Assembly (NCBI RefSeq): GCF_964355755.1
Contig: NC_092673.1
Location: 11,070,948-11,134,947 of the forward strand
Direction: 5' to 3'
Source: Antedon mediterranea
Taxonomy: Eukaryota > Animalia > Echinodermata
DNA: 64,000 bases
Shown: piece after piece, positions 51,950-64,000 of the stretch
How positions within the stretch are numbered: the stretch's first letter is position 1
Layout of the letters: every line of letters starts with the position of its first letter
Notes under the pieces: model-generated
Database searches by the model: none
Told to the model about the DNA's origin: nothing
What the model saw: only the letters and a program-made list of their open reading frames with translations
Program-made: the position numbers and the translations under genes

Positions 51950-54900
51950 AGTTGTATTGTCCCCAAAACATGAAAAATAAAGATGAAAAAAATCAAATTT
52001 TGAATATACCATTTAGTAGTTATAATAAAGTTATTCACTTTCGCCGAAAAAAAATCCGAAAAAAATATTGATTTCGTTTATAAAAAATCAAAATAAGTTT
52101 ACCATATTTTCGAACTCATAAGCTCACCCTTTGCAAAAAAACCGTATACGAACGTATACGATTTACATACGTTTCGTATATGTTTCGTATAGGAAGTCCA
52201 CTTCGTATACGAAACGTATACGTCAATTCGGAAGTTCCTGCCCGCATAATAAACATATACGAACCGTATACGATCATTTATAAACAATTTCCTAATTATA
52301 TGCTCCGTATACGATCCGTATATGATCCGTATACGACGACGCGTGTATACAAACTGCATCGTATTACCAAGCGAAAAGGGACTGTCCCTCTTTTTACAAG
52401 ACGACGATAGCATACGTTTACGATCGCAGGAGCATCTTGACTTCGATAATTAGTGTACAATTTGGTTTTTTTTCATGAAAATTTGGTGCTGTATTTTACT
52501 AGACGTTGTTTTTCTAGCAAGCATAAAAACCCACCCAGGCTGTTCTGCCTTGTTTATCCCCTCTGCTATTTCTTTACCTTTTGTATGTTCCATTAATAAG
52601 TGAATCACACAAAATGTGCTGTTATTAATTTGAAAGTGCTTTAAATAATATTAATGTACTTGGAAATAAATAAGTAAATATTAAATTGGGCCCGCAGTAT
52701 ATTAAATTTAAAACGAGTAAGTAAAATCCATAAATTACAATTTAATAAAAATGTAGAATACATGTGGCTCCCTATTATATATATGGAATGATCCAAATAA
52801 ATTCGCCCAAAACGTGCCTGTGTTATGTGCGCTGCATGCATGCATCACATGGATGGATCAGATTTCATTCATTTTCAATCATCATTGTTGATTTTTTGGC
52901 TACGGGTTTTGACTCACCATAAAATAAATAAAAAATGGGATGTAGGCCTAGTTACAGTAGGCCCAGGTAGATAGTAAATTCGATGACTTCTAGCTAGCTA
53001 GGCTATAGGTGAAAATAAGCTAGCTAGCTTTCCACCATATATTAGATTTGGTTATATTGTATTATCTTAATAACCTACTCTAGCTAGTAGAAGTATATCA
53101 ACAACGGTGAAATGGAAATACGATGCATTATGGATATCATCGTTGCAGAGTTAGGGGGTGATAACAAAACATTCAACAGCCAGAAATACAAAAAAGAAGC
53201 TCCGACGTTTTTATTTAGAGCATTTTACTATTTTAGGCATACAGAACTAATTGCTGTAAATTTCCTAGAGTTGTCACTGATAAATACAATTTAACATTAA
53301 ACCTACATATAACTTTAACAATCCAAATGATAAATTGTACGCGAACGCAGTAAAACCAACCAGTTAAATGTTTGTTAAATAATTATTTTACATCTCCCTG
53401 GTAAAATGGTACCCTATTTTTATGCCTCCATCATTGATAATCCCCCTCTGTACACACGTCTGCCGGCTATTTGTTTATCATTTTAATGAATGTAGTACGA
53501 GTCTAACTCCAAATAAAGATATAGAACACATTTTAAGAATTCAAAGTGTTGATCTTTTTTAAGAATCTGATATATACCATGAATCATCTTTTTACATGAT
53601 ATACAGCATAAGCATGTACAATCTAATTTAATTGTCACACAATTGAATTAACAAAGGACAAGGATTTCAAATAAACTGTTACAAATAAACAATTATTAAT
53701 GAAATAGTTGGGGTATTGTTGGGTCCATGGGAAATCAACAATGTTTAGTAGACTTATTTAATTTGTTATTTAAAGTTGAGGGTAGTTATTTTTTAAACAA
53801 TTATTGGAATACCATGAAAATAAAGAAAGATATGTTTTATGATTTCTTAATCTCCAAGCAGAAATAATGAAAGCAATTCAATCTGTTCGCTACCGGGAAT
53901 AAATTGAGATTCGATATAATTGTATTTACTATCACCACTAATTGTGTTTTTTTTAATTCATATATAATTCATAATTCATACAATTTATATATATTCAAAA
54001 TTCGAATGTATTCATCGTAAAATAATAATTATTATAATGACCTTACTTCTGTTTTGGGTCATGGTTTTCCTCTTCGGCATTGCCGAATTATTGTTACTCC
54101 ATCTCCATTGCTACAACACACGTCGCGGAATAATATCGCTTAACATAACATGTAATTTGACCACCCAAAGCTCGCACGTGGCGTGACGAATTGAGAACGA
54201 CGAACCCGATGATTCACCCGATGATATGCATGATTGGCCACCAGGGAGCCGAGTCGACCACGAGTTGGAACTGTAGGCAACCGAGCGACGCTCGGTCGTC
54301 GTCGGCGGCTGCACTTACTGACCTCTGTCATATTTTTATAAAGGAAAACTGCAAACAACATCGTCGATTTGTGAAAATGGCCCCTTGTTTTTTCTAGGCC
54401 TACCTAGTAGTATACCTGTTTAGCGTACTTTATTTACTTGCGAAAAACGTTGTTTGAATTTTATCGGTAGCCTAGGCTATCTAATAAATATAGAAATAAA
54501 TATGATCTTATGTTCTAGCTCCTAGTCCTACTACTTATTAATAATTAATACTAGTAGACTAGGCCTATCTAATGGCTGGTGCTAGCTAGAGGCCTAGCCC
54601 TACTAGGCCAGAGCCTACGTACGTATTTGTTGTAATGACAATTTAAATGTTTTATTTAGCTCTATTCTACTCATTACTATTATAATTTATAAAATGGCCT
54701 AGTTTGTTCGTATATGATTCGTATACGTCCCGTATACGATATTCTTATCAGGAATAAACAACGTATACGTTACGTATGCTAAACGTATACGACGCCAACT
54801 CTTTGTGGAGCAACAGAGTGGAAATAATGTAAACAGTGAAATCGTATACGATCCGTATACGTCGTATACGTTTTCAGCGTATACGGATCGTATACGGCTT

Positions 54901-57337
54901 TTTTGCAAAGGGCAGAAATTCCTAAATATTTGATGGTTAGCTAACAACTCATAAATATGCATGATATGTTAATGAGCATCCAAACAGGGGAGATCCGATC
55001 TGTTATCTTCACCACATAAACAAGCATGTGCGACGAACAGATGATGTAAAAAGCTCTGCCGTTAATTTTCTGGTAAAGTATAATTTTATTTCAGATTAAT
55101 GCCACATCCTCCTATAAAAGTTATATATCGCAAACTAGACGTTTTTTGGCGTATAGTTATTTTCTTGGCTATCTACATGTAGACTAGGGCTATAATATAA
55201 GCCTACTAATACTATCACTAGGGCCTAGTTAGTAGTTTACTACTGTGTAGTGTAGCAGCTGTAGGCAGGTAGATAATCGGGTCAGAAAAGTAGACGGGAA
55301 CCCACTTTGAGGCCTAGCTAGGTCCTATATATCGTACTCACCTAGCTAGGCTATCACTCCACAACTAGCTACAGGAAATAGGCCTACTATTTTGCTGTAC
55401 CATTAATATACATTTGGAGCTAGAATTAATTTTAAAGTCTAAAAAAAGACTAACAATGATGACAAAAAACAAACATTTGGAAAATGATCAGGATACAGTA
55501 CCCAAAGAAGTTGACGGTAGAATAGATTGCATTAGTAATTAGACTAGGCCTTTTTGAGGGAGGAGATGTACTTTTCAGGAATTCCTATACTGTACATTAG
55601 TACCCCAAATTGAAAACTTCAGATTCATGTACAGAAATAATAATTATATGTATGCAATAAATTGTGAAATATTAACTTTTCTATTTGACTTTTGTATTTA
55701 TACATCATTGTTTTTAAATTTATAGACTTAAGCTAATGAAGACTGGAACAGAGGTTACACCCATACTGCATAAAGGCAACTGGCAATAGACTCGGTAGTG
55801 GAACACAAGATAAATATTGGATAACTATCATAAAGCATTCGGCAAATGTGTTGGTTGTTTTCCAGCTTTTAAAATGTTGTATAGTTTTCATAATAAAAGC
55901 AATAAAATTTATATAAATTATTTTGCAAACATAGCAACAGCATTAAATAAATAAAAAATACTACTACAGTACATGAGATAAAATCTCCATAATTTTAATG
56001 TGTGAAGATTTACAGTACAGTACAGTAAAAAATGAGTTAATTACTAGTATATTTCATTGAATTTCTGCATTATTGTTGACAATTTATTTTCAACTATTAA
56101 TTGATGTGTTGATTGTGGCATTACAGCAATAGCTTGTCTTCTGTGATTGTTCATCCATTTTAAAGTGTCATAGTAACAAACGTTCAAATAAAAATTGTGA
56201 ATGTTGCTACCACATTTTGTGTTGATTTCTTCACCATTTTTCACTACTTGCTCATATTGTTCATTCAATTAGTGTGTTAATACCTATTTAAAAGAAAGAC
56301 ACTTTTATTAAAATATCTACATAAAAAGTTTAATTGTGTAAATGTTGGGTTGAACGTTATTGCTTTGGAAGGAATTTTCAACATAACGGTACTAAAGTAC
56401 TGTAAAGTACACATTCCAAAAAATATTTAACTTAGATGATTTGGTCATTTTCTCTAAATAATTACATTATTGGATATTGGATTATTTGATGTATAGTATA
56501 GGTGATATGAATAATGATAAAGGACTATTATTATAGTAGCCTATTATACCAGGGAGTTGTATACTAAAAATAAGATGAGGTGGTGGTGTCAAAATTCAGA
56601 CTACTAAAACCTTATTTATTCTTTACTCCATGCTCACAGATAAATGTAATGTTGTAGGCCTAATCCTATTTAAAGTTAGGATGGCAATAACTATTAATAA
56701 GGCTTACAAGTTGTATCTATTAGTATTAGCTAGGCCTACTACTCACTCAGGCCTACAACTAGTACTACTAGGCTAGGCCTACTCTATGGTACTCCATGGG
56801 TAGGCCTAGCCCATCATAGATAGGTGATAGATTAGTACACTAGCCAGTACAGCTGTACTCTGGGCTAGCTAGGCTTCCTATACTAACTAACAAAGCTGCA
56901 CAATAGAAACTACAGTTCTTAATCTTACTTACCAATCTGGTAGGGCCTAGCCATAGTCTTTTCTTCAAGATAGGAATTGTTTTTTTGTTGTTAAACTACA
57001 GAACTTTCCCACATCGTCGTCTCGCCATAATTATTACGTCGTATTTTTTTTGCGATGACCTAGAGGTCACATACACGCGCAAGAATCATACAATATGCAT
57101 AATTCATAAGCTAATTCAGGTCAAGGGTTAAATTAAACGGGAAGCCAGCTGGCTGCCAGCCAACTGACTTCCGGTTGACTATTTTTTACTTTAAATTACG
57201 ATTTTCTCATGTAAATACAGTAATTTTTTTTTTTTATCCAATTCTTTTTCAAAGTGAATAACTTTTATGTATCATTAAAATGGTCTATTCAACAAAAATA
57301 TTTTTAAACATTATTTGTTCAGGGGGACAATACATCT
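51950..57337. mobile_element. Kolobok-like transposon, non-autonomous or decayed
   Basis: TIR AG(T/A)TGTATTGTCCCC plus extended subterminal similarity; TTAA TSD (51946-51949, 57338-57341). Confidence 0.8.
52127..54912 (-). mobile_element. CACTA/EnSpm-like element, copy 2 (2786 bp), inverted relative to 17465-20249
   Basis: Same TIR and interior; 2-bp TSD CA; the ORF track shows the same peptides on the opposite strand. Confidence 0.85.
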
Positions 57338-57813
57338 TTAAAGCTTGTGATAACTGGCTTATAGATAACCAGAATTAATTGTTTTCGGAGTAAGGAAAGT
57401 AGTCAAAGCTACTAACGATTTTGAAATTATCACAGAAATCGATTACTTAATTACGATTCATTTGTATCCCGTATGGCGCTGTGAGTACGTCGGTAGCTGT
57501 CGCCTTCTCCGTTTTTGTTTGGATTAACTTTGTTATGATTGTCGTACAATAGTTTGTGCTAATTTGTATCATATTTTGATGTTTGTTGTTTGTGGATAAC
57601 CTAATTTTGTGCGAGGTTTTGTTTACTCTCCGGATGATAATTTGAACCTAGTAGGCGCCTATAGGCTATGTATAGGTAGCCCTGTTGTGTTGGGAATACG
57701 TACGTAGTGAGCCTGCAGGTGGTGTGCTTGTCGCGTCCGTTACGGTCAATTAAATGGAGCTCATACTTGACCTTGCGTAGGCCTAACATAAATCGGTCAT
57801 TTCAACCTGAACG

Positions 57814-59464
57814 ATGATTTGCTATACTCGAAATGAAATTTTACTTCTTTCTTCTACATGCGAGAGTAAAATACTGAACGATTTTTGCTGTAAAACCCTA
57901 ATAGAAAATGGAATATTTCGTAACGGAAACGAACCTATTATATGGCAAGGAAAAGGTGTCATAAAAAACCGTAGACGTCACCGAGGACGTCGCGGTGGCC
58001 GTAAAATGAGGAAAACAATTGATACTTTGATCACACACCGTTCAGTTAGACTAAATAAATCAAAAAGCGTCAATCAATCTAACCTGATTCCAATCTCTAC
58101 CTCAGCTAATATTAATAAGATTAATAATAATAAAGTGACGAAATACCAGTTTCCCACTTTTCTATTTACGAATCCATGTTCTATTTGTAATAAAATGGAA
58201 GACCTTCAGGTAACACTCGAACATAATAACATCCAAGTTTGTACACTTGCGGAAACATGGTTTAATGGAGACTATATTTGCAAGGTCAGTAACTATAACA
58301 TTTTCTATAAGAGCCGCACAAATACCAGAGGAGGAGGTGTAGCAACCTACGTCCACAACAGTATTCCTTCTGATCACGTTGATTTTATTACTGTTCCAGA
58401 CGAACTAGAATGTGTTTGGGTCAAATTACAGCCTTATAAGCTTCCCCGTGAAGTTTCTGAAATATATGTGTGTACCATTTATTGTAGCCCCAGCCAAAAC
58501 AAAGACCATCAACGTGACCTCTTAAACCATCTTAGAAATTCGATTGACACTATCCGTTCAAGAAGAAATTTAGCAAAAGTCATTATTGCTGGGGATTTCA
58601 ACAGTGTTGATATCTCCTCTCTAATTAAACATGTCGTTGATTTGCACCAAGTTGTTAAGGATAAAACCAGAGGAGACAAAATTCTTGATCTCATAATTTC
58701 GGACCTTAAAGATTTTTATATGACTCCTACAATTCAAGCCCCACTTGGAAAAAGTGATCACAATGTCATTATTTGGAAACCGCTGAACTCAATTAAGTGT
58801 AATGATAAAATGGTTACAAAGATTTTTAAGCCTTGTACTGATTCGTCGATGAGAAGTTTCGGAAACTGGATTACCAAATTTGACTGGTCACAGGTCTATA
58901 ATATAAAAGATGTAGATGATAAAGTGAACATAATGAACGATACCCTCACCTCCGCGTACAACAAGTTTTTTCCTACCAAACATTTGCGAGTGTATTCTAC
59001 CGATAGACCTTGGATCACTCCATACATTAAAAAACTTATCAGGTATAGACAAACTGCTTTTAGGAAGAAAAAACATGAACGTTACAAAACACTTAGAAAT
59101 AAGGTAATATGGGAAATAAAGAAAGCTAAGGAGAAGTACTATCGTTATAAAGTAAAAATGCTTGAAGTGAGCAATCCCCGAAAATGGTACGACAAAGTGA
59201 AGCAGATTTGTGGTAAACGTAAAGACAAACCAAGAATTACATTTGATAATCCCTTACCGATCCCAGATTCCGTTGCCTCTAAACAAATTAATGAACACCT
59301 CGCAAAAATTTGTCGTGAACTGGATCCTCTCAAACTTGACGAATTACCTACATACCTCCCAGCTGAGAGTCCACCGCCACAAATTTTATGCTTTGAAGTT
59401 AAACAACAACTATTAAAAGTGCAGATTAATAAATCAGTTCCACCTGGAGAAATTCCACCAGTTA
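57814..59464 (+). CDS. LINE ORF N-terminal part: basic RGRRGG leader, apurinic endonuclease domain, linker
   Basis: AETW, RGGGVA, IAGDFN, ILDL and SDH motifs; the ORF-track tail after 59464 is read-through into the insertion. Confidence 0.9.
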
Positions 59465-61517
59465 CAGTACCGGACAGAATTATTGCAGATTTTGAACGCA
59501 TTCAACGCATTGTTAAAGTGTTGACAACGCGTTGAAACTGCGTTGTCCGTTGGCGTTGAAAGTGTTGAGTTCGTTGAACTGTTTATTCAACCAACACAAT
59601 GTGTTGCGTTGAGTTTGCGTTGAAATAACGAACAATCGGATTCGTATGGTATTTACAGATTGCCAGTGTGTATTAGTAGTAGTAGTAATAGTATAAAATA
59701 CAGTATTACAAATATTTAAGAAAACAAACATAATGTGTATTTTTCCGCGGAAACCTAGCTTAATATATTACACTAGGCTAGGCCTACTACTAACGAGTAG
59801 GCCCCGTGTGTATATGAGCCGCGTCTGCCATCGCAGTTAAAAGTAGTGGTCATGTCCTCAATTACTGTGTGCCTATATTAACTGGAGTATTAAATACCAA
59901 AGTTAAGGCGGCGGTGAATCTTGGAGGCTAGGTCACATCGTAATTAATTATTTCCAAACTAAAAACTTCGCAGTACTGTACTACATTTTTCTCGATTATT
60001 TATAAAAACAACGTAGCCTACACCCGCCGCCATGGAAGGCAACAATACACCACCAACATAACGATCCAGCATGGTCGTCGTCTTTTTCACGCATGCTTTT
60101 CGTGACGTGAGGGACGAACTGATCGAAAGGTGAAGAGTTCATTCATTATGAAATAACGCGTAATTAAAAGGGAAAAAATCGTTTAGTTTTATTATTAATA
60201 TCCATAAATATATCATTATCATGTATTATATTATAAATTAATTATTGTAATGCCTAACGTAACCCATGCAGAGAAAAGCGTTAAATATAATAACCAAGAA
60301 ATAGGAATGACCAATTTGATGACAATAGGCAATGTTAGGCGTTTTCTTTAAAATCAAAACCTGTGCCATACCAAATTATTCACGCCAAGGTGTAACCCAC
60401 AAATATTTGAATAACCAAACAATTCAGAATAAAGAACCACTTTATTCTGATGCAAGACAATATATTATTACAGGCGAGGTTTAGGCGTTTTCTCTTTAAC
60501 ATACTATTGTTTTGTTTCTAATATAATTATATTGGCCTCCTCCTGAAACTGTATGAATGGGATGGGAGTTGCGAGAATATGCGAGCGAACAGCCAAGATT
60601 TTAATCAGTTTACAGCGTGATGCTTTTCAAAACGCGCAACGTTTTCAACGCGTTCAACGCTATGGGATTCAATTGTTTAACGTCGTCAATGAACGGTCAA
60701 CGGGTTCAACACATTCAACACGCTCTATTGTTAACGTATTCAAAACGCTTTTTGTACTTAAAAATGTAATGTTGTTCGATTTATAAAGATTTAAATTGGT
60801 TCATGGGTGTCGGACACGTCACATTTTTTAGTTCTTTCAAATTACATTACAACAAACAATGGCACAATTATAAAATAAAAACCAAAATAGAGAAACAATA
60901 TTTTAACTTTATCTCTTGAATCTCGAACAGCTAAAAAATGTAGGCCTAAATAAAATTAATTACTTCGTCGTCATTAACGATCGTTAAATACGTCATAACA
61001 CACGTGGTGTTTTTCTTGAGGAAACCAGGGTGGCGGCCTCGTGTGTCGATGTCAGTAATTTCCACGTTGTTTGATTTTACGACGTGAGATCGTGTTTTCC
61101 CCCGGAAGGCCTACAGTACAGTGTTAACTGTTAGACTTGGCATCGACCTTATTATTCGATGTTTTCCTTCACTAAACACTGGGAAATATCACTGTGTGTT
61201 TTATTTGGTAACTGTCCGTTCAATACTTAAAAATATATCTAAGCTTCATATATATTTTATTTATATTAAAATATCTGGTAGTGACTGCCGATAGGTATTT
61301 TGCCTGTTGTTGTTACTGATCGTTCAGGCGTGCAATCGGCCAGTCTAGTGCTGCAGCAGCTAGCGTTGAAATAACTAATTGTTTACTTGACATGCTGATA
61401 ATGACTTTCGTTGAATAAACAACTAAACGTTGAAAGCCGTTCAACGCAACGCAAACACAACGCAACGACAACGTGTTGAATGCGTTGGGATTTTTGCAAT
61501 AATTCTGTCCTGTACTG
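59465..61517. mobile_element. TA-flanked non-autonomous DNA transposon (2053 bp; Tc1/mariner- or EnSpm-like)
   Basis: 23-bp TIR CAGTAC(C/A)GGACAGAATTATTGCA; TA TSD (59463-59464, 61518-61519); CGTTGAA repeat clusters at both ends and internally. Confidence 0.88.
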
Positions 61518-61519
61518 TA

Positions 61520-62868
61520 TCATCAAAGAATTTGCACCCGAAATAGCAGAACCCCTAACGCATATATTTAATTCTTCTTTGAAAGAAGGTATTGTACCCA
61601 AAGCTTGGAAACAAGCTACCGTTATACCGATACCAAAGAAAAAAGGTACAGTCAGTATAGAACAGATTAGACCGATCTCGCTTACGCCACTGTTTATCCG
61701 AATCTTTGAACATTTTCTAACTAAATGGTTAAATGAAGACCTATCTACCATTATAGATAAACAGCAGTTTGGTAATGTCAAAGGTATCAGCACGAGTCAT
61801 TACCTTATTGGACTCTTACACTACCTTCTTTCTGGACTGGAAAAACCTGGTCACAAAGCACGAATTCTTGCTGTAGATTTCAGCAAAGCTTTCGACCGTA
61901 TTAGTCACCAGGTACTAATCAGTAAGATGATATCAATTGGTGTCAGGAAATCTATCATCCCGTGGTTCTGTAGCTTCCTAACTTGTAGAGAACAAAGAGT
62001 GCTCTATGGTAGCGCTATTTCCAGTTGGACATCTATATTTTGCGGTGTTCCTCAAGGAACGAAATTTGGCCCAAGCCTTTTTCAAGTAATGGTCAATGAC
62101 TCGGCATCAGATTGCATTACAAGGTGGAAATTTGTCGACGATCTAACCTTCGCTGATATCTCAAAAAATAACTGTCAGGACTCTATTCAATCGTACTTTA
62201 GTAATTTAGAGGAATGGTGTAAAATAAATAACATGTCCCTTAACCCTAATAAGTGTAAATCAGTGGAGATTAACTTTTGCAAAACTCCTGGTTACTATGA
62301 TTTACTGACTAATAATGGAGTCCAAGTTGAGACTGTTAAACAATTGAAGCTTTTAGGTGTAACTATCCAAGATAACCTTAAGTGGGATACACACATTGGT
62401 GAGATCGTTAGCAAGGCCAATAAAGCCATGCATATTGTGTCGGTACTTAAAAGGTTTGGTGCACCAGAAGATCAGTTAATTAAGATTTATAAATCTTTCA
62501 TACGCCCCATAATTGAATATGCTTGTCCAACCTGGCACTCCTCCCTGACTTCCGAATTAAGCTTTGACCTGGAATCGGTCCAGAAGAGGTTTTTAAGAAT
62601 TTTACTAGGGAGGAGGTACTATTCGTACACTGCAGCCCTAAAGAAATTTTCTCTTGATAGGCTCTGTGACCGTCGTCTCCAGCTTGTTCTGAAGTTTGGG
62701 AGGAGTGTCCATGAAAAATTTAGTAATATTATCCCCAATACCCGTGCTGAAGCGACAGGTAGATCTCTCAGAAACGCAAACAAAATATCCCAAATTAAAT
62801 GTAGAACAGAAAGATTTAAGAAATCCACACTCCCATTCCTGATTAACAATGACCTTATAGTGCAATAA
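61520..62868 (+). CDS. LINE ORF C-terminal part: reverse transcriptase
   Basis: RPISLT, VDFSKAFD, GVPQGTKFGP, FVDD, LLGVTI and RPIIEYA motifs. Confidence 0.92.
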
Positions 62869-63761
62869 TATATATATATGAAATTCTTAATTTTGATAGG
62901 CCTACGGATAATTAATAATTTTACTCGCAGTTTTTAAATTTGTAATTGTATATTCTTTATTTTTTTTTTTTATGAATTTATGTGTATATATATATTTTTA
63001 TATTAGATGGTTGTGTAATTTTGCTCGTTTTTGATATATATCTTTGTAAATTTGTAATTGTATATTCTTTATTTTTTTTTTAATGCATTTTGTATATATA
63101 TATATATATATTTTTATATTGGATGTTTGTGTAAATCTTGCTCGTTTTTTATATATTTTTTATGTTTATGTTACTGGACGCAATTCAGTTTTGTACTGCC
63201 ATGTCTTTGTTTTTAATAAACCAGAATAAATAAATAAAAAACGATTAGAACTCGATCAGGAACTTAAAGGAGACCTTATTGTAAATGGAATAATACACAA
63301 AGTAAATAATAGATTAAAATTTGGATACCGACAAATGTGGTTTATAGATAAGGATAGTAAGAAAATTATGTCTGCTTTTTTACAGTATGTCTTTTTTACT
63401 ATGCTCTGACTAGCTGGTATTTGGGATTTCAAATAATTCTAAGTTAAGTTACAACGCTCTCAAAATAAAATAATAAGATTCATCTTAGGAGTGAATAACA
63501 GATATCATCTTGATTTTGTTTCATTGGGTATTTTAAATATTAATCTACGTGCTCAACAACAATCACCCTAAAAATTCACATCAAGTAGCAAAAACATTTT
63601 ACTACAATGGAATAAAAGTTTGGAATGAATTACAAAATAGTCAATATTTATAATCGAATTAAAAAAATCATAACGTGTTTAAATATACTTTAAAAAAGCC
63701 ACAACTATGAAATCTTAAATTTCTCATAAATTATTTAATATACCAACAACTTTGACATACT

Positions 63762-64000
63762 CAGTGGCGGATCTAGCGGGGGGCGTATGGGGCGTACGCC
63801 CCCCTATTTTTTAAAGATTTTTTATTTTTTTTTTTAAATTAAATAGATTTTAAAAACACGTATCGTTTCGACGGTCATCAATCACCGATGGTTTGCACAT
63901 TTTCATAGTGAAAATAGTACGTCGGAGCACATCGTCAGCTTGATCGCATTCCACCAAGCATGTACGTCGACATCCTTTGTGTACTATCAATCTCTAGCGT
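63762..64000. mobile_element. Left end of a hAT-like MITE
   Basis: CAGTGGCGGATCTAG followed by a GC-rich subterminal palindrome; the other end is outside the window. Confidence 0.55.

Larger units (their letters stand above)
57459..63240 (+). mobile_element. Apparently full-length single-ORF LINE, Rex1/Babar-like (CR1/L2 group), interrupted by a DNA transposon
   Basis: 5' UTR, APE + RT ORF, 3' UTR with a ~115-bp tandem duplication, (TAAA)n tail; 6-bp TSD ACGATT (57453-57458, 63241-63246). Confidence 0.85.
51805..63600 (+). pseudogene. Old CR1/L2-group LINE RT region in three pieces (51805-51949, 57342-57458, 63241-~63600)
   Basis: SILGSLLFLCYVNDM..DDSALMVSSNSLEDIAFVLQRNL|KACDNWLIDN..ELIVFG..DYL|LELDQELKGDLIVNGIIHKVNNRLKF..QNKIIRFILG; the first junction is in frame after removing the TTAA element. 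Confidence 0.82.

Noticed and set aside
51847-52071. 74-aa ORF as a host exon
   Set aside because: Chimeric read-through of a decayed LINE RT into the Kolobok-like terminus
56044-56268. 74-aa minus-strand ORF as a MAP2K7 upstream exon
   Set aside because: Lies inside the Kolobok-like element, has no MKK7 similarity and ends in a stop
58162-59501. Minus-strand ORFs over the LINE coding regions (also 23545-24423 and 61383-62865)
   Set aside because: Antisense shadows of long sense ORFs
59465-59535. Treating 57814-59535 and 61480-62868 as LINE ORF1 and ORF2
   Set aside because: They are two halves of one APE-RT ORF; their inner ends are read-through of the inserted transposon TIRs

Overview
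AT-rich animal genomic DNA (an invertebrate deuterostome such as an echinoderm is plausible but inferred only from composition and repeat style). The only host gene is a minus-strand MAP2K7/MKK7 (JNK kinase). Eight coding exons lie in the window (44743 to 1279, 773 nt, all GT-AG and phase-compatible); the first and last exons appear to lie outside it. Most of the remaining sequence is deeply nested mobile DNA. The dominant element is a ~1.5-1.6 kb non-autonomous Helentron/HINE-type rolling-circle family with 14 recognisable 3' ends in three subfamilies. Their 5' hairpins, subterminal inverted repeats and 3' stem-loops co-vary, and they repeatedly insert into the T-rich tract just inside each other's 5' end, forming stacks up to five layers deep. 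The window also holds two near-identical inverted 2.8 kb CACTA/EnSpm-like elements, P-, hAT-, Kolobok-, MULE-, Harbinger- and Tc1/mariner-like non-autonomous elements, and a decayed Academ-like transposase fragment. There are two probable P-element excision footprints, a 5'-truncated RTE LINE, and a Rex1/Babar-like LINE whose 999-aa ORF is intact once a TA-flanked DNA transposon is removed. All coordinates were read by eye; superfamily calls rest on termini and target-site duplications (TSDs), not on database searches.
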